Assembly: GCA_035221665.1 (NCBI GenBank)
Contig: CM069151.1
Location: 33,914,001-33,978,000 of the forward strand
Length of the DNA: 64,000 nucleotides
Direction of reading: 5' to 3'
From: Okamejei kenojei
Taxonomy: Eukaryota
The notes under the pieces were generated by a model, which saw only the letters and a list, made by a program, of their open reading frames with translations, made no database searches and was not told the origin of the DNA. The position numbers were made by a program, and so were the translations under genes. Positions 1-13,200 of this stretch are shown here, in pieces (within the stretch, counting starts at the first letter, position 1; every line of letters begins with the position of its first letter).

Positions 1-164
1 TCCAAGATTGCCTGCCTCAAAAAGTGCATTCCAAATAATATGCAAAGGCAATAAAACGATCAACATTCTAACAGTTTGAGTTTGCTAATCTGTGGTCCCA
101 GTTCCCCCCCTGAAAACCTGAAATCCCCCCCTGGGGGGAATTCCCCCCTGGTTGAGAACCCCTG
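1..164. mobile_element. End of a hAT/Charlie-like non-autonomous DNA transposon (truncated by window edge)
   Basis: Ends GGTTGAGAACCCCTG (150-164), reverse complement of a CAGGGGTTCTCAACC Charlie-type TIR, followed by CTCTAGGA, resembling the NTCTAGAN target preference; subterminal C/G-run palindromes at 125-148. Confidence 0.6.
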
Positions 165-599
165 CTCTAGGATATACACCCCTCGTAGAACATCTGTGTT
201 AAGTCTATAGTTAACTTTCATTAATTATATGTGTATGTAATTAACATCATAATAATATATTTTTTCTGCATTTTACTATACCCCTGTTGTGCTATTATCC
301 AGTAGCTGTGGCATAATTCGGAAGACTTCTTTCCTTCCTTTATCAAAGGCATCAGAGATTTCAAATTGTTAACAATTATAGAATTCCATTCTGCCTCTGG
401 ATCTTCCATCACTTTCTCATCTCTCTCCCTCATCTTGTTCATTATCATGTTTTCACTATCCCTTTTATTTCTCCACTGATCTTGAATGATCAGTCTTTAG
501 CGAAAGCTTCAACTTTATCACTTATACCCCACTTCAATGAATTCTATCACCTTCATTTTGCTGATAGTTTCCACCCAGGTCTCACTTTCACATGATCCA

Positions 600-2075
600 T
601 CTTTCATTTCCCTTACCGTTCTCAATTTCCCAATTCAGGGGATAGATTGTTGGCCAGTATTCTATACAAGCCTACAGTCTCACACAACTATCTATGATTA
701 TACCTCCTCTAAACCTATTTCCTGTATAGAGTACATTCCATGTTCCCAGTTTCTACTGTTCAATTGTATCTGTTCTGATGATGATGCTTTCCATGCCTTC
801 CTTTCTCCATAAACACAATTTCCCTTCACCTACTGTTCCCTTACCTATACTTCTGCCCTCACCCTCTCTCCTCCCAGAAAAGTTTCCTTTCGTCCTCCCT
901 TCCATCTTCCATGTTCAATGGATCATTCCCTGCAATGTCCACACCTGGTGTCAGGACAACAGCCTCCTCTTGAATCTCACAAATACTAAGGAGCTGATTG
1001 TGGACTTTAGAAAGGCTCAACATCCGAGGACATACATGCCACTGGAGACAAATGGGACTACGGTGGATAGGGTGAACCTTTACCACCTCAGGCAGCTGAG
1101 GAAATTCAGAGTCTCTCTGAGGATCCTTCAGTGCTTCTACTCTGGGGCTGTAGAAAGCATCTTGTCCGGCAACATCTCAATCTGGTTTGGGAACAGCTCT
1201 GCCCAGAACAGGAAGGCTCTGCAGAGAGTTGTGAGTTCAGCCGAACGCACTATGGAAACTACACTCGCCCCCCTGCAGGACCTATACACCAGGAGGTGCA
1301 GATCCAGAGCTAGCAACATTATGAGGGACCCCTACCATCCCAGCAATGGACTGTTCCAGCTGCTACGGTCAGGCAAGCGCCTCCGCTGTCATGCTGTGAA
1401 AACAGAGAGGATGAGACGGAGTTTCTTCCCACAGGCCATCAGGACTGTAAACTCTTATCTCACCAGGGACTGATTTACTGTTGTGTTGTGTCTTTTTTTC
1501 TAAAATGTAAATACTGGTTCTGTTCTATTCTGTTCTGTTGCTTTTTGCACAATCCGCAGACATTGCCACTTTCATTTCACTGCACATCTTGTACGTGAAT
1601 GTGACAAATAAAGTTGACTTGACTTGATCTTCAATAGAATGCCATTGTCAGATGCATTTTTCCCTCCACTCTCCTTAAAGCATTCAGAAGTAAATGCTCC
1701 TTCTACAAACCTCTGGATACTCTCCAATTTCTATCAATCACTTCCTTTCATGTAGAACCATCCCATGCAAGTGCCCTTTTAACTTTTCTCTTTAAGCCCA
1801 ACAGTAAGCCAAATACTCCTTCCAGTTGCAAAATCTATTCCATTTGTACTGTTTTCAATTTAGAGTAGTACCTTAGACAATCACAATGTTGTCTCCTGTA
1901 GATTGGAGAAAATGCAGATTAATTGACAGCTTTGCAGAATATTTATATTATCTACTTAAGGTGACCAGTCACTTTTCACTTTAATTCTCTATTTCATTCC
2001 CACTCTGCCATGAGACAAAATTTGGCCATCAGAACTTTACACTGAATTCATCAATTTCAGATAACCATCCTTTTT
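600..2075 (+). mobile_element. Decayed Penelope-like element (RT C-terminus and GIY-YIG region), split by a Rex1/Babar insertion
   Basis: IPCSQFLLFNCICSDDDAF (735-790) resembles the PLE IP.SQFLR..RICS motif; 1820-2000 resembles the degenerate GIY-YIG region; the sequence resumes after the insertion at about 1628. Confidence 0.55.
940..1627 (+). mobile_element. 5'-truncated Rex1/Babar-type LINE, 3' end
   Basis: ORF 778-1473 contains WCQDNSLLLNLTNTKELIVDFRK, LRQLRKF, VESILSGNISIWFGN and SFFPQAIR motifs; 3' tail AATAAAGTTGACTTGACTTGA at 1607-1627. Confidence 0.8.
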
Positions 2076-3094
2076 TTAATTTGTATTGAAGCAGCCAGGT
2101 CTGGTGAAAAATCATTAGCCCTCTTCACAGATGTTGCCTAATCTGTTGAGTATTTCAATTCCCTTATTTCAGATTTACAGCAGCTGTAATATTTTGTATC
2201 TCAACGTTCACAGTTTATTTTATTCTCTGTTCTGTTTTCATTCATCTCCTTTTATATACCTCTTATCGAGAAAGATCAACTACAGTTAACAAACCATCAA
2301 CACCCTCTCAGTCAGCATCATTGCTAATTCTATCAATCTTTCTTCACCTTCATAGATGTTCCCTTTGTTCTGATCTCCTCTCCCCTTTTGCTGCCTTAAA
2401 CAATGTCTGATTTCTATATTTTTCTAGTTTTGATGAAAAGTTATCGACCTGAACTTTTGACTTTCTTCCTTCATAGACACTGCTTGACTGGCTGAACATT
2501 TGAGCATTTTCTGTTTTTACTATGTTTAACTTCTGCTGATATAATTATTAATCTTTCAAATATTACTCTTAATTGATTCTTTGCTTTTGGCAAAACTGTG
2601 TCTAAAGTTCTTCACTTGTTGTAACTGTCTGGCTTGTCTACAAATCTAATCTTCCCAGAACCATCTTCAAAACTAATTTAGAGTTTGGCGAAACTTGACT
2701 TCAGGCACCTTTAATTAAAGAGACCTTAAAGGATGGAGTTATGGCAATTAGTGTAGATAGTCAACTCTAACTCAGAGACTGTTTACAGAGTGTTGTTTAG
2801 CCTGGGAGTAAAGTATCCAAAGCAAATGATTACCAGATTGGTATTAAAACAACAATTAATACACCATTCCATATCAGGACCTGGTTGTCAGTTGCCTCCC
2901 AGACCTGTTACTTGCTTGATTTGACTTTGCCAAATGTAGGGAACTTGAAAAGAGGCTTCCTGGGAGGTATAAAGGACTGTCAACAAAGGGTGGACTCCTT
3001 AATTAAAAACACTCCTTTAGTGAAACAAGAAATGGGAAGGGAGCCTAAATAAATAGGGGATCCTCCTAAAAAAGGGTCTGAATTGGCATAGTCC

Positions 3095-6005
3095 TAGAGC
3101 CTTAGTCCTAGAGTCGTAGAGTCAAGAAAGTCAAGAGTGTTTTATTGTCATCTGTCCCGGACGGGACAATGAAATTCTTACTTGCTGCAGCACAACAGAA
3201 TCCTAGAGTCCTAGAGTGAAACAGTGTGGAAAAATAGTCCAACTTGCCCACACCGGTCAACGTGTCCAACCAACACTGGTCCCACCTGCCTGCATTTGGG
3301 CCATATCCCTCCAAATACATGTATCTATCTAATTGCTTCTTAAACATTGGGATAGTTTCTGCCTCAACTACATCCTCTGGCAGCTTGTTCCATACACCCG
3401 CCACCCTTTGTGTGAAAATTTTAACCCTCAGATTCCTATTAAATCTTTTCCTTAAACCTATGTCCTCTGGTCCTCGATTCACCTACTCTGGACAAGAGAC
3501 TCTGTGCATCTATTCCTCTCATGATTTTACACACCTCATAAGATCACCCCTAATCCTCATGTGCTCCATGGAATAGTGTCCTAGCCTACTCAACCTCTCA
3601 TAGAATCATAGAAAATAGGTGCAGGAGCAGGCCATTCGGCCCTTCGAGCCTGCTCCGCCATTCAATATGATCATGGCTGATTATCCAACTCAGTATCCTG
3701 TACCTGCCTTCTCTCCATACCCCCAATCCCTTTAGCCACAAGGGCCACATCTAACTCCCTCTTAAATATAGCCAATGAACTGGCCTCAACTACCTTCTGT
3801 AGCAGAGAATTCCACAGACTCACCACTCTCTGTGTGAAAAAAGATCTTCTCATCTCGGTCCTAACATACTTCCCCCTTATCCTTAAACTGTGACCCCTTG
3901 TTCTGGAGTCCCCAACATCGGGAACAATCTTCCTGCATCTAGCCTGTCCAACCCCTTAAGAATTTTGTAAGTCTCTATAAGATCCCAACTCAATCTCCTA
4001 AATTCCAGCGAGTACAAGCCGAGTCTATCCAGTCTTTCTTCATATGGAAGTCCTGCCATCCCAGGAATCAGTCTGGTGAACCTTCTCTGTACTCCCTCTA
4101 TGGCAAGAATGTCTTTCCTCAGATTAGGAGACCAAAACTGTGCGCAATACTCCAGGTGTGGCCTCATCAAGACCCCGTACAACTGCAGTAGAACCTCCCT
4201 GCTCTTGTAATCAAATCCTTTTGATATAAATGCCAACATACCATTCACTTTCTTCACAGCCTGCTGCACCTGCATGCCTACTTTCAATGACTGGTGTACC
4301 ATGACACCCAGGTCTCGTTGCATCTCCCCTTTTCCTAATCGGCCACCATTCAGATAATAGTCTACCCCCCCGTTTTTGCCGCCAAAGTGGATAACCTCAC
4401 ATTTATCCACATTATACTGCATCTGCCATGCATTTGCCCACTCACCCAACCTATCCAAGTCACCCTGCAGCCTCCTAGCATCCTCCTCACAGCTAACACT
4501 GCCCCCCAGCTTCGTGTCATCCGCAAACTTGGAGCTGTTGCATTCAATTCTCTCATCCAGATCATTAATATATATTGTAAATAGCTGGGGTCCCAGCACT
4601 GAGCCTTGCGGTACCCCACTAGTCACTGCCTGCCATTCTGAAAATGACCCGTTTATTCCTACTCTTTGCTTCCTGTCTGCCAGCCAGTTCTCTATCCACA
4701 TCAATACTGAACCCCCAATACCGTGTGCTTTAAGTTTGTATGCTCATCTCTTATGTGGGACCTTGTCGAAAGCCTTCTGAAAGTCCAGATATAACACATC
4801 CACAGGTTCTCCCTTATCCACTCTACTAGTTACATCCTCAAAAAATTCTATAAGATTCGTCAGACATGATTTACGTTTCATAAATCCATGCTGACTTTGT
4901 CCAATGATTTCACCCCTTTCCAAATGTGCTGCTATCCCACCTTTAATAACTGACTCTAGCATTTTCCCCGCTACCGATGTTAGACTAACTGGTCTGTAAT
5001 TCCCCGTTTTCTCTCTCCCTCCCTTTTTAAAAAGTGGGGTTACATTAGCTACCCTCCAATCCTCAGGAACTACTCCAGAATCTAAAGAGTTTTGAAAAAT
5101 TATCACTAATGCATCCACTATTTCTGGGGCTACTTCCTTAAGTACTCTGGGATGCAGCCTATCTGGCCCTGGGGATTTATCGGCGTTTAATCCATTCAAT
5201 TTACCTAACACCACTTCCCGGCTAACCTGGATTTCACTCAGCTCCTCCATCTCATTTGACTCCCGGTCCCCTGCTATTTCCGGCAGATTATTTACGTCTT
5301 CCTTTGTGAAGACAGAACCAAAGTAGTTATTCAATTGGTCTGCCATGTCCTTGTTCCCCATGATGAATTCACCAGTTTCTGACTGCAAGGGGCCTATATT
5401 TGTTTTAACTAACCTTTTTCTCTTCACATATCTATAAAAACGTTTGCAGTCCATTTTTATGTTCCGTGCCAGTTTTCTTTCATAATCTATTTTCCCTTTC
5501 CTAATTAAGCACTTTGTCCTCCTCTGCTGGACTCTGAATTTCTCCCAGTCCTCTGATAGGCTGCTTTTTCTGGCTAAGTTGTATGCTCCATCTTTAGTTT
5601 TGATACTATCCCTGATTTCCATTGATATCCACGGATGCACTACCTTCCCTGATTTATTCTTTTGCCAAATTGGGATGAACAATTGTTGTAGTTCATCCAT
5701 GCAGTCTTTAAATACCTTCTATTGCATATCCACTGTCAACCCTTTAAGAATCACTTGCCAGTCTATCTTGGCCAGTCTATCTTGGCCAGTCTATCAGTCT
5801 CTCCCTCTAGCTCAGACACTCTAGTCCTAGCAACATCCTCGTAAATCTTCTCTGTACCCTTCCCAGCTTGATAACATCTTTCCTGTAGCATGGTGCCCAG
5901 AAATGAACACAATACTCTAAATGTGGCCTCACTAATGTCTTATACAACTGCAACATGACCTCCCGACTTCTATACTCAATGCTCTGACTGATGAAGGCCA
6001 ATGAG
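3095..6005 (-). mobile_element. Older CR1 LINE 3' fragment (3200-3599 and about 5800-6005) hosting a younger CR1; short Rex1-like tail at about 3120-3200
   Basis: FTQRVAGVWNKLPEDVVEA..FKKQLD (3108-3482 ORF) and LYKTLVRPHLEYCVHFW (5807-6001 ORF); CTAGAGTC-type tail repeats; CTCAACCTCTC continues as CTCCCTCTAGCTCAG across the insertion. Confidence 0.75.
3598..5797 (-). mobile_element. Young 5'-truncated CR1 LINE with nearly intact ORF2 reverse transcriptase
   Basis: ORFs 4744-5700 and 3883-4704 share one frame, separated by a single TGA; motifs KSPGPD, NYRPVSLTS, YLDFQKAFDKV, GVPQGSVLGP, YINDL, KFADDTK; 3' frameshift near 3900; TTCTATG tail at 3598-3614. Confidence 0.92.
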
Positions 6006-6827
6006 ATTCAAAGAGATTAAGTGGGGACAGAAAAGTTCCATTTTAAAAAGTGGGGTTATACAACAGGATTGAGACGGCTGGTATAGGAGGATATTTCTAA
6101 AAGTGGCAGGGAATGAGAACGTTTTCTTGACAGGCGAATAAAGGATCAATATTGACAAATGTTGAGGGCTTTTGTTAAGGATCCTTCCAGAGTATATGCA
6201 AATTCGAATGGGTATAATAGCAAAGGTTAATCTTGAATCTAAAATGAAGTAATGTCTGCAGAGTAAGAGGACATGGTCTATTACTTCACATACATTGGGT
6301 TGTAGATAGGAAATTTGGCCCGAAGTTTCTGTAATAACTTGAGGGCCAATTAGAAAATGAGATGGCGAGGATTGTAGCTTGCTTTAGAGGGATGATCTAA
6401 ATGCTCTTAATTATCTATGAGTTGATCCATTTTAAATTTTAATCTGTTATATTAGTGTTGAAGAATTCTGTTGCTGCCTTTAGTGAATTATGTCTGCTTG
6501 TCTTTGCTGGTCTGTTAAATCTCAGCATGCTTCAATATTTGAAGTGTTAACGATGCTCTTTCCCTGTTCTTTCCCTTTCCCTGATTGTCTCTTACTTTTA
6601 CCTTTCACCTTTACCTTTGCTCATGTAATCCCTATTCCTTCTCACTCCACCCCCCCACTTCATCCCCACTATACTCAACATTTTCTTCTTCATTTTCATT
6701 ATTTTTTCAATCACCATTCTTCTTTCCATTCCTTTTTTTTTCTGATTTGACTGTCTTTTTTCTTACTGCTCATTTCTCTTTTATTTCTTTAAATATTCAT
6801 AAATATCCACAAATGCCCCCTTTTTTT

Positions 6828-6829
<2 letters not shown>

Positions 6830-6865
<36 letters not shown>
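6830..6865. repeat. (TC)n microsatellite
   Basis: Uninterrupted TC dinucleotide run. Confidence 0.95.
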
Positions 6866-6868
<3 letters not shown>

Positions 6869-7065
6869 ATTGGAATTGTTTTCTTCTTCCGTTTTTCTGT
6901 TTATTTGCACCTACATCCTTTGACATCACAATTATTTTTTTCATCTGCTTTTAATTGGTTTCCTCCCTGCACATCTTTTTCCCTGTCTGATTCCAATGTT
7001 ACTGTCACCTTGCCATCCCTGTCTGTTTTTGTCTATCTTTATGTCTATTTTCCATTCATACATGA

Positions 7066-7635
<570 letters not shown>

Positions 7636-7975
7636 CCAGGTACTGAAGTTTCATATTTTATTATCTTTATGAAAATATTAGTAAGATTAGGTTTGGTGGG
7701 TCACAGTTTGGCAGCCATGGGGACAGAAATTGACTAGAGCAGGTCAAAGTCTGCAACTGAGTAAGATACAGTGTGGAGTTAAACAAGTTACAAATTGGAG
7801 CTGACACACACTCTCTACACATTATTCAGTTGGGTGAAATTTAATCCTAGTTGTGAACCAATTAAGGCAATTTAGGAACAGGATTTGTTAGTCATTCCTC
7901 TTCCTATCCTAATTGAGGACACACAGGGCAATGATCAGAAACAACAACTCTCATTGATTTCCCTTTTCTGTGCAG

Positions 7976-8295
7976 CAGGATTCTGGAGCAGAAACGTTGG
8001 TTGATTAGTCTTCTCTAACCCAGGCATCTCAGGGCAAAGATTTACAGCAGAGACCCTGCCTGTCTTCACCTCTCACCCAGAGACGGTGGTGACCCTACTG
8101 CTGTGCTTGGGCTCAGCAGCCCCGTGACAGATGCAACAGATTAAAGTGGGATTGCAGTGCTGTAGATGTTTACTTCTGCCTAGACCCGTTGTGCACTCGC
8201 TCGGCCTCCTTCATTGCCATCGTGCAGTGATTGTGCTGCGTGTATCATGTTGTGACAGCTGTTTGAGATTAAAGCATATCGCTGTCTCTCTGCCT
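7976..8295 (+). other. Probable 3' UTR terminal exon of the CCDC136-like gene
   Basis: Acceptor TTTCCCTTTTCTGTGCAG|CAG at 7975/7978; ATTAAA poly(A)-type hexamers at 8140-8145 and 8268-8273. Inference only. Confidence 0.4.
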
Positions 8296-9019
8296 GATTT
8301 ATAACTTTGTGAAAGAAACCTCTCCAAACACTGCCAGTGTGCCCCTTCTCTGCCAGAAGTACGGCAAGAGACGTGCGGTGACGTTCCCCACAAAGCAGAT
8401 TTGTGGCTTCAATTCACCAGGTGCAAGTTCCCGATCTTCCCAGAGGTGGGGGATTTGGGAATTCTGCAGAGTCCTCCCTGGGAAACTGAATAGGGTTGTA
8501 GTAGAGGGGAAGGAGAGCCTCGTGGACTGGGGGAAGAATCCCATGCAAAGGGGGGAGGGGAGAGTCTATAGTGAGGAAGGCAAGAGGAAGTTTAAGAACT
8601 GAATAGTCCCCCCTCCCCCAGAAATGCAGGAAGGGTGTAGGGAGGCTTGTGGGTAGCATAGCCATAGTCGGGGGAGGAGGGGGAATGAGGGGTGGTGGTT
8701 GGGTGTAGTTCACAGGGAAGGTACACAATTGACTGGGAATATAATGTTGAAAAAAAAACACCAATCTATATCAAAGGGAGAGCCCTGAGAAATAATCTGC
8801 ATTGTATTAGCAGTGTGTGAGGGAGGGATACTGTTGATAGAGAGGGGGGGAGGAGTGGCAGGCAGCACAGAGACAGTTAGGGTTACAGCTGGAATTTATC
8901 TGTGACCTTTTGCTGCTTTCTTTCCTGCACAGAGTCGAGCTGGAGTGTGGATTCCATTAGAGCTGATCATTCTTCCATATCTCAGCCTCACTCCTGACTT
9001 CTCAACTGCCACAATTTGG

Positions 9020-9780
9020 TTGTTCCTTTTCCTCCTTTCCCTCTTCTCTTCCTATCCCCACCTTCCCACACCCTCTCACAATCCTCAATCCTCATAATCT
9101 CCTCATGTCACCATACTCTCTCATTGCTTTCTTCCTTTTCTCACTTCTTCATTTCTCTTGTCCTTTTCTTCTAACATCGTCCTCTCTTCTACTTTCATCC
9201 ACACCCAATTCTTTCCTCCCCCTGCCTCTCCTTCCCTTTTACCATCTCCCCACTTCACCTTTTCTCTTCCCTATCTTATTCTCTCCCTCCCCTAATTCTC
9301 TTTCCTATGATTTTCTTCCTCACAATCCCCTTCCCCATCCTCTTATTTGCATCCATTAGCTCATTCTTGTCCTCTCTATCCATGTTCATCCTGCCATTCT
9401 TGGCCTCCCCACCTCACTCCTCATCACCTCTTTCCCCTTTATCTTTCCACTCTCCCCTTCCTCGCTCTCTTATTCCTCACCTCCCGTTTACCTCTTCATC
9501 TCTTCTCCTATGTCTTGCCTCTACCTTCTCTCACTTCCACCCATATTTTTCCCCCTGTGCCTTCACCTTGTCTCCCTACCTCTTTACCACACCCATCTGC
9601 CTGCCTCATCCTCACCTTGTCCATTCACCTCTTCTGTCCACGTCTTCCCCTTCTCTTCTTCCCCCCAAGCCTTCCCCCTCACCTCTCTTGCCTCTTTCTC
9701 ACTCTTTCCCTCCACTTCTTTCACCTTACATCTTCTGCCTATGCTACATTTTGTCCCTTCAATTTTCCCTTCCACTTTCC
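9020..9780. repeat. About 760-bp polypyrimidine low-complexity tract
   Basis: Plus strand is overwhelmingly C/T with very few G; explains the P/L/S/F-rich ORFs here. Confidence 0.85.
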
Positions 9781-10244
9781 CATTAGTTTTAAGATTGCCT
9801 GCTCTTTCTCTCAGTGTCCTGTCATCCTGCTGTCCTGGGAATGCTGCTGTACATACCGGCTCATCTGGAATTTCTGAACCCATAAGTGCACTGCACACTG
9901 ATCTGTATCTGTTTTCTCTGGCAATTTTGCACAAAAGCTTTTCTCGAAACATATAATGAAATGAAGAGCAGCTGCCAATGAGGCACTCCAGAGCTGGGTG
10001 GAGTCAGAGATCATATGTGTGAATTAACAGAAACTTAATTATTGAGGTTATAACCAGAGCTCTCAGAATGTTCAGATCTTTTGATGGCCTCCCGCGTGTA
10101 GAAAGACCAATTCTTCAATGACATCACCTTATATATTGATGATCTGCTGCATTTCCTGGTGGAGTTTTGCCCATTAATCTGGTTTGGATTCCCAGATTAT
10201 GATCAATTGACCCTCGATGATTAGTGGATTATGCTTCACTTTCT

Positions 10245-13200
10245 GAATATCTGACACCAACTGATTCTCAACCAGTGCCTGACACACTATGATTGATCGA
10301 TTGATTGTCAATGGCAGTCTATCAGTGAGTGACCAAATCTCAATGATTGACTAAATTTGAGTGAGTGATCTTCAGTCAAAGGTCAGTGACCAAACCAGTG
10401 ACTGACTGAGGTCAGGGAGTGACCAATCCTCGGAGCATGACTGATCTTTAGGGAGCATCCAAATGCAGGAGATGACTTAGCCCCAGCCATCAACCAACTT
10501 CACTAACTGACTGGATGACCCTTAACAAGTGAGCAATAATCAGCAAATCACTAAACTGAGTAACTGATGGTCAGTGGAATATTGACCTTTGCGATTGAAA
10601 TCCTCATCAAGCGACAGTATTTGGGTGCTTGGAGCAGACTTCAAATAACACTCGGACACGGGAGCACACTAACAAGCTTCTTTATTCCAGGACGCCACTT
10701 TGAGTCTCTCCAATTCTTGGGGAAAATCCCCAAATCTTGGGGATTTTCCCCAAGGGTCTGTGGGTGGCTGATCCTTGGAGAGTGACTGATTCTCAGCAAG
10801 TGATCAATCGTCAGCAATTAACTAGCGTCAGTGAATGATTATCCTTCAATGATTAACTGGCATCAGCATTTATTGGATCAGTGATTGACTGGTGAGTCCC
10901 AGCCCTTGGAGAGTAACTAACCCTCAACAAAAATTGAGTCCCATTAAACAAACAAATCCCTGTAAGTCACTGAATTTCAACAAGTGACTGATCTTCATTG
11001 ACTGGGTGAGCTTTGAGGAGACTGATCCCTACCTGATGACAAACACTCAGTGAGTAACTGGTCCTCAGTGATTGACCTCGTGATTGACTTTTAGAAAGTG
11101 ACTGATTCTCAGAGAGTGATCAACACTGAGCAAGTGTCTGGCTCTCAGTGAGTGAATAGCTCCCAGCAATTGAATGACATCCCCAGCGAGCGGCTGTGGT
11201 TCCGAGAGTTCCAATCTTCAATGATCAACTGATCTCAATGGCTGACAGGCGGAGTAATTCACCTTCAGCAAGTGTAACCATAAGCAAATGATTGAATCTC
11301 AATCAGATGCGGATCCTCAGTAAGTGAGCGACCCTCAGAAAGATTCTCAGTGGGTGAGGACCATTAGAGAGACTGATCCTCAGTCAATGAATGATACTCA
11401 GAGTTTGTATATCGCAGTGAGTGAGGACCCTCAATGAGGGTCAAACGTCAATGAGTGAGGACCCTCAATGACTTCTAACCTCTGTGAGTGCGTGACTCAT
11501 AGAGACTGATCCTCAGCGAGTGAGTGACAGTGAGTTTAAATCTCAATGAGTGAGTTACTCCTTGAGACTGATCCTCAGTGGGTGAGTGACCTCAATGAGT
11601 TTGAATCTCAATGAGTGAGTGACTTAGAGACTAATCCTCAATGGGTGAGGACTCTGGGACCTCCGTAGAGACTGACCTTCAGTGTGTGAGAGACTCGGGG
11701 AGACTGAGCCTTGGTGAGTGCATGAACTTCAGAGAGACTGATTCTCAGTGAGTCTGGACCATCAAGTAGACTGATCCCTGGTGTGTTAATCACGCTTATG
11801 TGTGAGGACGCTTGGGGAAACTGATACTCAATCTTGTCAGACCAAAGAGAATCCTTGTACATTGAGAAATCCACTCAATAATTGATATCCTCAGCGAATG
11901 ACAGACCCACACAATATAATCAGTCCCCAACAACTTACAGAACCTCAATGAGTGACTTGCCCTCAGGAGGAGAAGCACAATGACTGACATCCTCAGTAAA
12001 TGGCTGATCCTCTGCAAGTGGCCTATCCAAAATAAAAGTCCTCAGTGCTATCAATCCCAGAGAATAGGTGGCCCTCAGCCAGTGACCAGTCTTCAAGAAG
12101 TGACCAATCCTCAGTAATTGGGTGACCCTCAGCGATTGACTGGCCTCGGTGAATGAACACCATTTATCGGTGGCCACCCTTATTTATTTCGTGATATTAG
12201 CCAGTGGCTGTCCCTCAACTAGTCACTGACCCTCAGCAAGATCTAGGGAGAGCTAGCTAACTGGATCTAGAATCGGCTTCATGCTAGGAAGTAGCGAGTT
12301 GTGGTAGAAGATTTACGACTGGAGGCATGTGATCAGTGGTGTGCCTCGTGGATGCCTCATGGATTGGTGCTATTGCTATTTGTCATCCATATCTAATGAT
12401 TTGTGTATGAATGTATAAGGCATGTCTAGTAAGCTTGCAGATGACACTAATATAGGTGGTATAGTAGACTGTGAAACTGCTTATCAAGAATTACAGTGGA
12501 ATCTTAATCAGCTGGTTAAGTGGGCCAAGGAATGGCAAATGTAGTTTAATTCAGATAAGCGTGAGGGGTTACATTTTGTGAAGTCCTACCAGTGCAGGAC
12601 CTTCGCAGTGAATGGTAGGGCACTGAGGAGTATTGTGGAGCAGAAAGATCTAGGAGTACAGGTACATAATTCTCTGAAAGTGGCATGTCACGGGTTGATC
12701 GGGTGGTGAAGAAAGCTTTAGACACATTAGCCTTCATCAGTCAGAATTGAGTGGAGAGGATGAGGGTGAACTTCGAGTATTGTGTTCAGATTTGGTCACC
12801 CTGTTATTGGGAAAGATCCATTAAGGTGGAAAGAGTACTGAGATGAAATACAAGGATGTTTGCCAGGATTCAAGGGCCTGAGCTATTGGAAAATGTTATG
12901 CAGGCCAGGACTTTATTCCTTGAAACAAAGAGGATGTGGCGACAGTCTTATAGAGGTGCATAAATCATGAGGGGAATAGATAGTGTGAATGCACAAAGTA
13001 TTTTTCCCCAGAGTTGGGGAATCAAGAGCTAGAGGGCATAGGTTTAAGGTGATATTGGAAAGATAGAAACTTGAGGGGCAGGTTCATCACACATAGGATG
13101 GTGGGTATATGGAATGAGCTGTCAGGACAGGTAGTTGAGGCAGGTACAGTACAACATTTAAAAGACACATTGACAGGTACATAGATTGGAAAGGTTTAGA

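Larger units (their letters stand above)
200..6600 (-). mobile_element. Highly decayed L1-clade LINE remnant (pieces about 200-600, 2560-3070, 6005-6600) interrupted by younger insertions
   Basis: Minus-strand conceptual translation gives weak, broken similarity to L1 endonuclease (SYS..HYFILDSRL near 6230-6270) and RT (VSL..K.FAK near 2690-2750) in the expected order. No intact ORF; inference. Confidence 0.35.

Noticed and set aside
3883-5700. Active reverse transcriptase gene
   Set aside because: 5'-truncated CR1 with no endonuclease domain, an in-frame TGA at 4744-4746 and a 3' frameshift.
9105-9956. P/L/S/F-rich ORFs of up to 176 aa
   Set aside because: Artefact of the polypyrimidine tract; open in several frames with no recognisable domain.
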